Shown here: piece by piece, positions 52,188 to 63,609 of the stretch | Layout: each line of letters opens with the position of its first letter | Position numbering within the stretch: the stretch's first letter is position 1 | Assembly: GCA_905178155.1 (NCBI GenBank) | Contig: CAJINV010000004.1 | Coordinates: forward strand, 8,956,411-9,020,410 | Direction: 5' to 3' | DNA: 64,000 nt | Source: Amoebophrya sp. A120 | Lineage: Eukaryota; Protista; Dinoflagellata | Program-made: the position numbers and the translations under genes | Notes under the pieces: model-generated | Databases searched by the model: none | Told to the model about the DNA's origin: nothing | What the model saw: the letters and a program-made list of their open reading frames with translations, nothing else

Positions 52188-55100
52188 ATGGTACTATCGT
52201 CGCGTGCGCAGCTCTCTGCGCTTGCTGTTGTACTACCTGTCGCTGCGGCGGCGCAGATATTCGGAAGAGTCGCACCAACGAACGCTGTGGCGAAGGTCGT
52301 GACAACCACCCTACGTGCAGCCGGTTATTTATCCGGTAGTGCAGCAGCACACAGAACAAGTACTAGCAGCAGAGCACAGGCTGCTGGTGCTGCTCTAGAT
52401 GAACACCAGCTGTCGGGTACAATTCTTGCGCAAGAACTTCGACAACACGATGCTGATCCGGAAGAGAAACTTCTTCCCACGACGAGTTTGGAATTTGTGG
52501 TCCAGGATTTTTGTAGCGACGAGCAAGAAAATGAAAATGAAAACAAGAACGAGCTTTCTTTCCATCAGAACCAAAACGCCGATGTCGTGGGACGAGCGTC
52601 TGTTTCGCCACTACACCCGCCCTCGTTCGAAGGCCAGGAGGATGAACATGTCGCGGCCAACTATCATCTTTTCTCCGGAGCAGATGAACCTGCGCACAAG
52701 ATGATGAACCTTGTCCCCTGGCCGGCGAATTTCGAGGCAAACAGCGCCCAGCTCCCCGTGCAGTGCGAGCAGCCGGACTGGTTGTTACGGAAGGACCAAC
52801 TGGTGCTGCCCGTGAACGAGGAGAGGAGCTTCTTGTCGAGCGTGAATGAAGCAACAAGCACACCAACATCAAAAGCCAGCGCAACAACTAAAGTTTCGGC
52901 CACTCTGGTGATGACGCTGTTTCTCGGGCCGGACGGGCCGAACGACTGGAAAAGAACTCCGCCAAGTGGGCAAACTACGCATGTAGCGGCAAATAAAAAT
53001 CTTTACGCCGCTGCGGACTGGCTGCGGGCGCTCTTTGCCGCGAACGTGCAGGTCCTTCGTCGGTTCTATCCTGTGCAAAAGTATCGCACTCGTATCAATG
53101 CATTATACAAATTTCCTCAGCATGAGAAATTTGTAATGCGGATTTGCCTTGAGAAGAAGATTTGTAATGCAAGACATTGACATGCATTTATACGAATACG
53201 ATACTGTTGCACAGGATAGGTTCGGCCACGGGCTGATCTTGCGCACGGACTTCACTCCGGGGGACTTCGACGGGAAAACGCATTTAAAGTCCTGGGAGGT
53301 CGACAGCGAGGACTGCAAGAAGAAAAATTTATCCCCAGCGGACTGTGCCAAGCAGTACCAGCGACTCAATTCCTTCTTCGAGAGGCCGCTCATGGTAGCA
53401 GACTACCTAAACTTACGAAAAGCTGGAAGTGGATCTGCTGGAGATTCGGATTCCAGTTCCACCGCCCCTGAAGATCAACAGTTCCGCTTCACCCACGTGT
53501 TCACGCTGGATGCGGACGCCGCGTTCGTCAGCATGAGTATCGACTCGGTCCGGTTGGCGGCGTGGAATTTGGCGCGGGCGGGAAAAGACGTGTTTGCCGC
53601 CAATGAAGACTGGCAGGAAGAGAAGAACAAAGCGGGGTGGGACCAGGACCAGCTCTGCCGCGGGGTGAACAACGGGTTGTTGTTCGCGGCGAACACGGCC
53701 TTTTCCCGAACGTTCTTCCGAGATCTATGGGATCATGATTCTCAAATGTTACATTCTCAACTGTTACGTGAATTTGTAATGCAAGAATGGCAAAAGTCAA
53801 AGAATGAAGGGAGGTTGCTCCTGTAGCATGACAAATACCGCACAGATTTAGGGGCTGTTTAGCCTTCGTAAAATTTGTCATGCGACGTAGCGTCCCTGTG
53901 TGGATGCTGGTGCTCATTTTGCATAACAAAAAATCATGTAACAGTTGAGAGTGTAACGTTTGAGAGTCCCATAATACATCTTCGCGGCGCACCAGCGCGG
54001 CCCGCGCGCGCAGGCCTGGGAGATCGAGCCAACGATCAGCCTCGTCTGCGCCTCGAACGACCAAGAGTGCGTGCAGAACGCGATTCCCCGGCTGCGACAG
54101 CACTTTCTCACGACGCGTGGCCAGTTTTGGAACCGGGGCCGGTTCGCGAACGACGAAAGCGCGCCGCTTGTGAACGCGACAGCGACCGCTGGTGGAGCAG
54201 GGGAAACAACGCACATCGTGCACTACATGAACGCCGACGGGAACATGAAGATTGCGGAAGAGGATTTCTGCGACCCCGGGTTTTTAGTAAAGCCGATCCA
54301 GGAGGAAACGAAAGTCGCTTTGGGAGTGTGCAGCAGCAGGAAGACCACGAGTCAAGGAGGAGAGGAAAGTGCAGAGGAAGTTGTACAACAACTAGATTGG
54401 CAGCCGCCAGCACAGTCGTGCGTCGGCCAAGGAACTAGTAAGCCACTTGGTTCCGGCAGTTCTGTGGGGGAGAGCATGAGTGGTCCTCACAGTCACGAAA
54501 CGTCGAAGCAGCAACGTCGCCTCCGCGTCGAGGAAATCCGAGTGGACGAGGAAGCTGACACAATTCGATATGACTTGCTCAAACGTTACAATCTCAAACG
54601 TTACATAAAGAATCTGGAATTTGTTGCATGATGACCATGACAGACTCGCACAGCGTTCCAACTTTTGCAATACAAATTTCGCGAGATTGTCTTGGGGTTT
54701 AGGGGTCCGGAACTTGTCATGTGCAATCCTATGAGACTTGGCTAGATCATGCAATCTTGCATCACAGATTTCCATATTCTATTCGTAACGTTTGAGATTG
54801 TAACACCTGAGCGGGTTATATTCGAGCGGGTGGTCCTCCGGATTTTTACCTCCAAACAAGCCCTGCTGAAGAGGAGACGACAGCTGTGGAGCTTGTTGAC
54901 ACGAGTGAAAGAAGTTTTTCCCCGACGACGGAACAAGGGGAAGCGGTGCCTGCTGCAAGCGGTACAACTGGTAGTGCAGCTGTCATCGCTGCAGCTGTTG
55001 GGCATGATGAAGATGAAATGCGTGCTGGGACATTGTCCGTGTTCGTCACGTCCTCTTCGTCTTCACACGACGAGCGCCAGCCTTTGTCCACCACCCTGGA

Positions 55101-58100
55101 CGATGACTTCCTCACCGCAACCCCCCCTTTTTGCAACGGTTGCTGCATCGGTCCGGCCTCGGAAGCCCCGTATCAAAAGTAAAAATGTCTGGGTCTGGAA
55201 ACTTGTGATGCTGGGTGGCGTCTCATGATGAGGCTACAAATGCTGGCTCAGCATGACAGGTTTCTGCGCTCCTAGGTGTTGCCTACTCTGCATGACAAAC
55301 GGCGCTTCTGCATCACAGAAAAGCGGAGCTCTTGGGTAACGTGCATGACAGATTTAAGAGTCATGCCAGACAAGCATGACAAACATGAATTCTTCCAGAC
55401 CCAGACATTTTTGCACTTGATACCCCGGCGAACGTAACCAACATCGGAGATCTCTCCTACCACGCGCGTTGCCTCGATGTGCACAAGTGCGCGGCGGCGG
55501 AGGTTCCTGGCGGAGCTGGTGCTCTTGGTGGTACGACGAATCCAGATGAGCAGCATGATCAGCGCAGGAGGACCAAGTACGCCTTCGTCCTTACCCACAA
55601 GGGGGTTCTGCCCCAGCCGGAGAGGAATACCACGGAATATCAAATGCAAAAGCATCGTACTCGTAAGTATAAATGCATTACAAATTTCCTCAGCATGAGA
55701 AACAAAATCTGTCATGCGGATTTACCTTAATAAACGAATTTGTAATGCGTGACTGCAATTACTACGAGTGCGATACTTTTGCACAGGACACGGAATGGAT
55801 TGACCTCATGTTCCCAAACCTTCGCAGCATGGAGCTGGCCCGGCAGGGAATACTGAGACAAGGAAAATCAGCGACGAAAGATATCGAAATCGACATTCTC
55901 CTCCTCGTTGCGCTGAACCGCGGCATGACGATCGGGGTTGACGCAAAGTGGTGGGAGAAAACTGTATCTTACCTGCAAACCGAACTGCGCCGCATCGCAC
56001 CAACTACGGTCGTGAAGCGCGTGCCGTGGACGGTGTATGCGTTGCAAATATGTCTGGGCGTGGAAGGATGCAACTTGTGATGCGCATTTCACAACACATA
56101 AAAATCTGTCATGCATAAGAAGCAAAAGCTGCCCACTTTTTGTCACCAAAATTGGGCATTTGTCATGCGGATCCGGCATTGCGGAAGCTCCTCGAAACCT
56201 GTGATGCTAGAGCTTCCATGCCAGACCTTCTGTGTCATGCAAAAGCAGCATGACCCTTCCATACCCAGACATATTTTCATTCAATACGGTGCCGGAGGAT
56301 GCGAAGTTTGACCGGAAGGAAAGCTGGTGCGGCGAGGTCGATTTTATCCGGCTCAATATGAACTGCAAAAGTATCGTACTCGTATGAATGCATTACAAAT
56401 TTCCTCCGCATGAGAAATAAAATTTGTAATGCGGATTTACGATAAGAAAAAAATTTGTAATGCAAGACTTGCATTTATACGAGTACGATACTTTTGCAGT
56501 GGATACTCAACGCGTTCAGCGAGACGGACTACGACGCCGTCGTCTACTATGGGAGTGTCAGGATCGAAATTGACAAAGTTGAAAAAATAACTTGTAATGC
56601 ATAAAATGCATGACGCGACTTACGTGTGTTGCAGCAGAGCAGGCAAGTGAGGCCGATCGTAAGCCCGTTTGGGGTTAGAGCTCGGGCCGCTAAAGTAGCA
56701 TGAGAAAATCTCTCTTTTTTGCATAAACAGCATGACAAACTGGATTTAGGCACCACCAAAATTTGTCATGCGCCACTTGAAAACGGGGTTTCAACTGGCA
56801 TCCAATTTATGCATGGCAAATCATTTCAACTTTGTCGATTTCGATCCTGACAGTTCCATATCTACTACGACCGCGATGTGGAGCTGCAGGACACGGGCGG
56901 AGAAAACCTGCTGGCGCTGTTCGAGTGTGTGGCGAAGCAGGACGTGTTTTTGACGGCCACGGGTGGGCTGAACGAGCCAATAAACGTCGGCTTTTTCGCG
57001 ATGAAGCCGAACCGAAAACTGCTAGACGTCGCCCTGGAGTTTTCCAAACTTGCCGACTACAGCGACGACACCGGGTGGGCGGGCAGTGGCTGGAGTCCGG
57101 CGCGCATGTTTTTGGTGAAGGGGAATGAAGAGGAAAGCCGTGGTGGAATCGGTGAAGGCGAGCGCGGAGAAGCTTCTGGAGGTGCTAGTCTTTACCTACC
57201 TGCTTCGTCTTCGACGGGGGCAATAATATCTTCTTCTTCGGGCATAAGAAGTACAGATACTGATTATACAGCAGGAGACGCCGACCGCACTGGTAGTACC
57301 ACATCAACTCAGCAAGAAGACAACCTTCATCTGCTGCGCGAAGGAGCCCCCGGCACCGTGGAAACAAGCGAAAATGACGGGAGCAGTATCATGGGCGGAG
57401 GGAAAGATACAATGAATACCACTTCGCCTTCGCGCGTTAGGAACACGGATTCGAATACTGTGATGTTGTCCGCGGAAGGCGGTAGCAGTAGTACTGATGC
57501 TCATGCTACAGGAACAAGAGCCTCTCGTCCCGGCACCTTCCTGTTCGAGGAGGACGAGCAAGATTTTCTGCGTCAACAGCAGGCGACGACCTCGATGGGC
57601 ACTAGAACCACGACACGGCACGGCTTTGATTCCTTATCAGGCAAAAGCGAAGACCAAGACCACCACCTCGAGCACACGACCAGCAGGTCCTCGTTGTATA
57701 AGCGCGTTCTCCTCGACCCAAGTCTAGTCACCGCGATCCGTCAAGACCGAGACAAATACGAAGCATTTCTGAAAAAGAAGTACTTCGTCGGGGGCGAGTG
57801 CGGACAGGGCTATTTTCTCACGCTCCTCTACCACCTGAGCAATCCCGTCGTGAAAACCGCCTATGAAAAAGCGGGTTTCCCCATCGAAAATATAAAACCC
57901 TTCTCGGTCGATCGCTGCCAGTGGAACTACCAAACCAACAACGGGCACGTCTGCGAGAAAATCCAGTCCAGTTGCGACAAAGTGATCGCGCACCACAAGC
58001 CAGGAAAGGAATTCTACGCCCCAGGCCAGGACGTTTCGAAGGCGGGCGACCAATACGGGCAATGCCTCAAACGCGGCTACAAGCGGTTGGCGGCGGGCAG

Positions 58101-61100
58101 AGCAGCGGCGGGGAGTTTCCTTTCATCTACGTCTCGCAGAAGTAGTGCTTTTTTGGAAGATGACAGCGTATGCATTGCAAATATGTCTCGGTCTGGAAAG
58201 TTGCAACTTGTAATGCTAATTCTGGATCGTGAAAAAATCTGTGTTGCATGAATGCCGAAAGTTGTCCGCTTTTGACCAAGTCGAGAGGAAGTGTCTCATG
58301 CAGGATAGGCATGACAGGGATCTCACAGAATCTGTCATGCTAGGTCCTGCATTCCAGACGACACGAATCATGGCAAATCTGCATCACAAGTTTCGGAATC
58401 TTCCAGACCCAGACATATTTGCATTTGATACAGCGGGATGTTGAACAAAATCGCGCTGAACGTGTTTTACTACGTGGAGAACCCGGACGACAAAAACTCG
58501 CTATGACCTGCTCAAACGTTACAACCTCAAACGTTACAATAGAATTTGGGTTTTGTATTGCATGATGAGCATGACAGACTCGGACAGCATTTCCCTTTCT
58601 GCAATACAAATTTCGCCAGATTGTAGTGCGGATTGGCACTCCAGAACTTGTCATGCGCAATCCTAGGAGAGTTGGCTAGGTCAGTGTTTGCTGTCCCCCG
58701 GGCTGAGGTCACTGTTGTGGGTTTCTGGCGACTTGTGTGGTGCAGGAAATTTTGCCACCACCACTGTCTGGGCCCCGTCTGTTCTGAGGCTGTGCAGGTC
58801 GGGTTACCTGGTCGGGTTGGTTGTCGGGTCGATTCTCTCTATGCCCCTGCCCCTTGATGCCTGCCACTGGGCGGATTGGGAGCGTTTTCACGGCGTCAGC
58901 CCGTTTCTAAGAGCTGAAACTATATGACGCGTGCTGTCTGCTCTTAGACATTATGGGGAGGATTCCTCTTCTCTGTTCCCCCCAGGGCATTGCCTCATCG
59001 TTGGCGCTATCGTGTGACAGCTCTTAGTTGCCGTGGTGCTTTCGGTGGGATGGACGTCCGGTGTTGCTTCGACACTCTTGTGTTGTTGCATTTGTGAATG
59101 CGAGGGCAGTGGTGGACTGAGGTTGCTGGAGTCCTCCGTAAGGACGGCTCCAAGTTAATTTCTGACTACTCCGCTTCCTTGTGCCTCTGCTTTAGTACTA
59201 TTTTTAGTGCTTTAGCTAATAGGCGTCCCCCTCGAATCTCACCTCCAGGACTTCGGGGACCCCACTTTTCCAAGGTTCTTGGTTGTGGATGGTTCCTCGA
59301 GGTCTTTGTGTCGTCTGGGTATTCTTTGGTGCACTTCTTGCAACACAAATTCCAGATTCTATTGCAACGTTTGAGATTGTAACACCTGAGCAGGTTATCC
59401 TCGCGGAAGCACTTTCTGAAGTCCTTTCCCTTGAACCTCGAGACCTGGCTGCTGCACCTCCGGTCGAGCAGAGTGGAGCCGCGGGTGTATTGAGAGGAAA
59501 AATCCCCCCTCCCCATATTGAAAAGGTATGGCTCCGGAAATTTGTGTTGCTGATTTGAGGTCACAAATCACGTCTGTCTTGCAAGAAGACAAGGGCAGAA
59601 GCTTCCGCCATATTATGGAAGCGGTTTGTCATGCCGTTGGGCCTAAAGGGAGGCCGTTTGCCATGCTGAGCAACTAGACCCATACGCCCCCAGCTAGCCT
59701 GCGGATCTGGCCGCCATGCCTTTCTGCAACACAAATCTGATTTGTGTATCCAAATCCAGCATCAGAAATTTCGTTTTGATATGGGGAGGGGGGATTTTTC
59801 CTTTTGATAGGGTGATTCAAGTAACCGATGCGACAGTGCGGACGTGGATCCCCGATGTACTATCCAAGAAAAAAAGTGTGCAAGTGTAACTCTGTAGGAA
59901 GAGCAGCATCACAGATTTGTTTTGCATTACAGAAAAACCTGTCATGCCTGGCTAGTACTGGTGAAAATACGCACGCAGCATGGCTATCAGATGCACTTGC
60001 AGCATGACAAGTGTAACGGTCTTGCGTTTTTTGCATCACAAATATACTCTCACACAGCTTTTTTCTTGCATATGTACCCGAGCAGTTTTACCGATTGCCA
60101 TATAGCCAAGCAAAGTCGGATTTTGTCCGCTACGCGCTCCTGTATTACCATGGGGGGATCTACCTGGACGGGGACTTCATCGTGCAACGGGATTTGCACG
60201 AGAACATCTTGGAAGCCCTGTCCGGAGCAACGACATTTGGTGGCGTCGCAGGAATAAACAGCGGAGGTGGAAATCAAATTCAAAATACCAGAAAACAGTC
60301 GTTCTTTCCCATCGAGCTGTTGTCCTACAACTCCGCCGGGCAGAACTGCAAGGGGATGAGGCCGCCGAATTTCAAGCCGACCTTTTCTTTATGAACTGCA
60401 AAAGTATCGTACTCGTATAAATACATGACAAATTCCCTCAGCATGAAAAAAAAATTTGTAATGCGGGTTTACCTTGAGAAAAAAACTTGTGATGCACGAT
60501 TGCAATACGAGTACAGCACGATACTTTTGCACAGGATATTCTTCCAATTTTCTTGGTGCGACGAAGGGGAGTTTGTACATGATATCAAATGGAAAAATGT
60601 CTGGGTCTGGAAGAGGAGAAGTTTTTCATGCACATTTTCCATGATCCATGATGTCTCTGTTGTATGCAATAGCATCACAGATTTTTTGAGCGCCTATCGA
60701 TGCGCGTCCTGCATGACAAATGCCTTCTCCGCGTAGCCACATTTGACTCCTCTTGCTGCTCATGCAATACAGATTTTTTGAGCATCCAAATGCAGCATCA
60801 CAAGTTTGGCTCTTCCAGACCCAGACATATTTGCAATCCATACATGAAACGGGTCTACGACCTGCAGAAGCAAACGCTGACAACCCCCTGCGAAACCCCG
60901 GAAAAAAACGTGTGCTGCTCCGGCCTAGATCGGAAGAAGCAGTGCCACATCGGTTGGGGCGGGCTGGGCGAGGGAATCTCCACCGGCGGGGAGATCGCGT
61001 TAGCTGCGGCTGATCAGGAAGTTTTGGAACAGTCGGGGGTGGGAAAGGAGATTCGGGAAAACCCGCTGGGGCTCATCTATAGAAAAGACAAGACGAGTGC

Positions 61101-63157
61101 TGATCCTGACGGGAGTAGTAGTGCCACGACCGGCCTGGTGAAGATATCGAGTTCCACAACTTCCACTTCAAGTACACTTTCGCGAAATAGTCCGGTCACC
61201 AACGGTATACAGCAATTTCTAACGACGACTACCGGGATGCCGGGTAGACGTAGCAGCTCTAGCGGTGCAATAAATTACCGAGAGGTTTATGATAGTGACC
61301 AAACAGCAATATCGGAGAATGAAGATTCCGAAATGCAGTTCAAAATCCAGGGCATTGTCGCCTGTTTCCAAAACGAGACAGAATTCGCCGCGTTGAACCC
61401 GCAGTTGCTCGGCGGTAACATGTATCAAGTGCAAAAATTTCTGGGTCTGGAAACTTGTAATACTGCGTTGGGAATAGTGAATGCCCTGCAATGCACAGCC
61501 AAGCATGAGAAGTATCTGCGCTTCTTTGTGTTGCGTCTTTCGCATGACAAACTGCGGTTTTGCATGAAGGGCAAGAAAAGGGTCTCTTCTTGGACACGCA
61601 TCACAAACTTTTTGGTCATGCCAGAAAAGCATGACAAATCTCGCAATCTTCCAGACCCAGACACTTTTTCATTTGATAACATGACGGATGAAAACAGTGA
61701 GGAACGAATCGCCTTTTTCCGAGACGTGCACGCGACGGTTAAGTCCGAGCAAGAGGTGCGGAACGCGCTAGGCCGGACCGCGTACCACATGTTCGCCTCC
61801 AACGGCCTGCCGGAGTGGCTATTGTGAGGAAAAATCCCCCCTCCCCATACCAAAAAGGGGCACTACTGAAAATTTGTGATGCTGATTTGTGACCGCAAAT
61901 CGTCCCTGTATTGCAAGAGGGCAAAGCCAGAGAATCGGCCGCGTTGCCCAAGCACTTTGTAATGTTGTATCGCCTACAGATGATATGCCTGCCTTGCTAG
62001 GTGCCTACAGCAAAACGCCCCTACTCAGGGGCTGCATCTGCCTGCAGTCCTCGACTGCTAGACAGATTGGATTTGTGTACACAAATCCCGCATCACAGAT
62101 TTCGGCTTTGATATGGGGAGGGGGGATTTTTCACTTTGATAGTGGCACGAGAAAAGTTGCGAGGCGTTCGCTACGGACCATTCCACGGTGTTGGGAAAGA
62201 TCTACAGCTCGGCACTGATGCTGCAACAAGAAGACCACGGCGAGGAAACAACATCAAGTCGAAATAATGCCACTGCCAGCACGACGACGACTTTGTCCAA
62301 AATCTGCACTAGAGACGTGATGTCTGAAGCCGTGGTTGCAAAGTCGGTTACGCTGCACCCGGAAATGTCTTTCCCATTGGTGCAGAAGATGCCGGACGAG
62401 GAGGCGGAAAACAAGCAGGGGTCCTCGGAAGTAGGAGCAGGTCATACTACTGCTCCTGCACACAGTGTCGCCGCGTTTGTGGAAGTGGTCGTGGGTGGGC
62501 AAGAAGATGAGGAGGAAATGACAACAGATAGTCCTCTATCCCACGAAAAAACTGTTTCACTGTGAACTTGTGATGCATAGAATGGAAAACAGAACTATTT
62601 GTCTTGCTACGCCTGCAAGGCATTGGGTTCTTAAGCGTGTTTTCCCTTTGAAAGCGCGCACGGCAAATTTTCTGTGTCATGTGTAGCAAACTTGTGATGC
62701 GGATCTTGCAAGACCATCACAGTGAAACGGTTTTTTCGTGGGATATCCTCGTGCGCGACAGAACAGTGGAGAAATCGAGACTGATCTTCATACTGCATCT
62801 CTGCCTGCTCCTTCTGCTGCAGCTCCCCCTGCTGCAGCTTCTACCGATGAACCGCAACCGCAGATCAAGATCATGCACCAAAAGTCAATAACGATAACCC
62901 CGGCCGAGACAAGTTTTCTACAAGAGAAAGTGAAAAGCACCGCGCCGGAACTGGAAGTAGGACCGCGGCCAGCATCCGGACCAGACACGACGGAGAAACC
63001 GCGTCTCCTCCGACGGGCGCTGGACGTGGCGGAGGACGTGGATGGCTTATTTTTCGAGGGTAGTACGAAGATGACATCATCGTCCCGTCAATCCGAGAGA
63101 ATAAAGTCGATTGACCGTGCTGGCAGCGAGCAGGAGGGGACGGAACTGTTGGATTGA
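52188..63157 (+). CDS. Secreted/Golgi tri-domain glycosyltransferase (GT34-like, GT8-like, GT32-like), about 2074 aa after removing 17 introners
   Basis: Hydrophobic N-terminus; THVFTLDADA...GVNNGLLF (GT34-like); DFIRLNAFSETDYDAVVYYDRD...INVGFFAMKP...GQG (GT8-like); AKSDFVRYALLYYHGGIYLDGD...SNFLGATKG (GT32-like); 10970 - 4745 = 6225 nt, divisible by 3, and each junction is in frame. Confidence 0.85.
53067..53218. mobile_element. Introner family B
   Basis: TSD GGTTC; RRF|GHGLIL. Confidence 0.95.
53726..53973. mobile_element. Introner family D
   Basis: Family D TIR; TSD diverged (AGATC/ATACA); removal + 5 nt gives RDL|FAAHQ. Confidence 0.85.
54569..54820. mobile_element. Introner family F
   Basis: Family F TIR; TSD TTCGA. 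Confidence 0.93.
55171..55422. mobile_element. Introner family A
   Basis: TSD CCCCG; near-identical to 12735-12986. Confidence 0.95.
55638..55790. mobile_element. Introner family B (ACA end)
   Basis: Family B TIR; TSD CGGAA. Confidence 0.92.
56036..56286. mobile_element. Introner family A
   Basis: Family A TIR; TSD CGGTG. Confidence 0.93.
56357..56505. mobile_element. Introner family B
   Basis: Family B TIR; TSD CTCAA. Confidence 0.95.
56548..56860. mobile_element. Introner family H
   Basis: Family H TIR; TSD TCTAC; splits the DxD region VVY|YDRD. Confidence 0.93.
58169..58430. mobile_element. Introner family A
   Basis: Family A TIR; TSD CAGCG. Confidence 0.95.
58502..59399. mobile_element. 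Introner family F carrying an internal insertion of about 650 bp
   Basis: Family F TIR (ATC end); TSD CTCGC; 898 bp versus 252 bp for the other two F copies. Confidence 0.9.
59488..59809. mobile_element. Introner family G
   Basis: Family G TIR; TSD GGGTG. Confidence 0.93.
59861..60072. mobile_element. Introner family O
   Basis: TATCCAAGAAAAAA / TTTTTTCTTGCATA; TSD TGTAC. Confidence 0.88.
60390..60538. mobile_element. Introner family B
   Basis: Family B TIR; TSD TTCTT. Confidence 0.93.
60583..60842. mobile_element. Introner family A
   Basis: Family A TIR; TSD CATGA. Confidence 0.95.
61423..61678. mobile_element. Introner family A
   Basis: Family A TIR; TSD ACATG. Confidence 0.93.
61820..62141. 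mobile_element. Introner family G
   Basis: Family G TIR; TSD GTGGC. Confidence 0.93.
62537..62745. mobile_element. Introner family I
   Basis: TATCCCACGAAAAAAC.GTTTCACTGTGA TIR; TSD TCCTC. Confidence 0.95.
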
Positions 63158-63609
63158 AGTGGTGGTGAAGTAGAAAATAGAACTCCCTTGTCGTTCTAGT
63201 TCTTTCCACCTGTAGGATTTAATATGATGCGTTTCGATTTGGTTTTGGATTTAAAAGAGTGAGAGACAGGAGCAGCGGCGCGCCGAACGCTGGCGGACGA
63301 AGATAGTCAACTAAAGAATAACAGAAATTGATTCGGAACCAACTTCTACGAAGCTTATTCAGATGAATTTCTCTTTGAACAAGTAGTACTTAAGCGAACC
63401 AATAACGTCCAAAGATCGTAGTTCCGTGTGTGTTGATGAGTTGCATCCTCCCTTACGCTAGTGGTCAACATGTCCTCGAAGAGAACTACAGGCCATGAGA
63501 AAGATACGTGCGCTGGGCGCTCCTGCCGCCAACCAGGTACCTTAGCTAATACATTTAGGTCATCACATTCTAGGTTACGCAGTCAGCACGCGGGCGCGCA
63601 ACCTCGTGA

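Noticed and set aside
11671-61853. Recurrent short ORF peptides such as CKNVWVWK, MSGSGR, FQTQTFLH and CKSIVLV that look like a protein family
   Set aside because: They are translations of the introner TIRs in various frames, not genes.
1417-62745. Repeat-spacer pattern resembling a CRISPR array or bacterial REP/BIME elements
   Set aside because: The repeats are inverted pairs with TSDs, irregularly spaced inside eukaryotic intron-containing genes, and no cas genes are visible.
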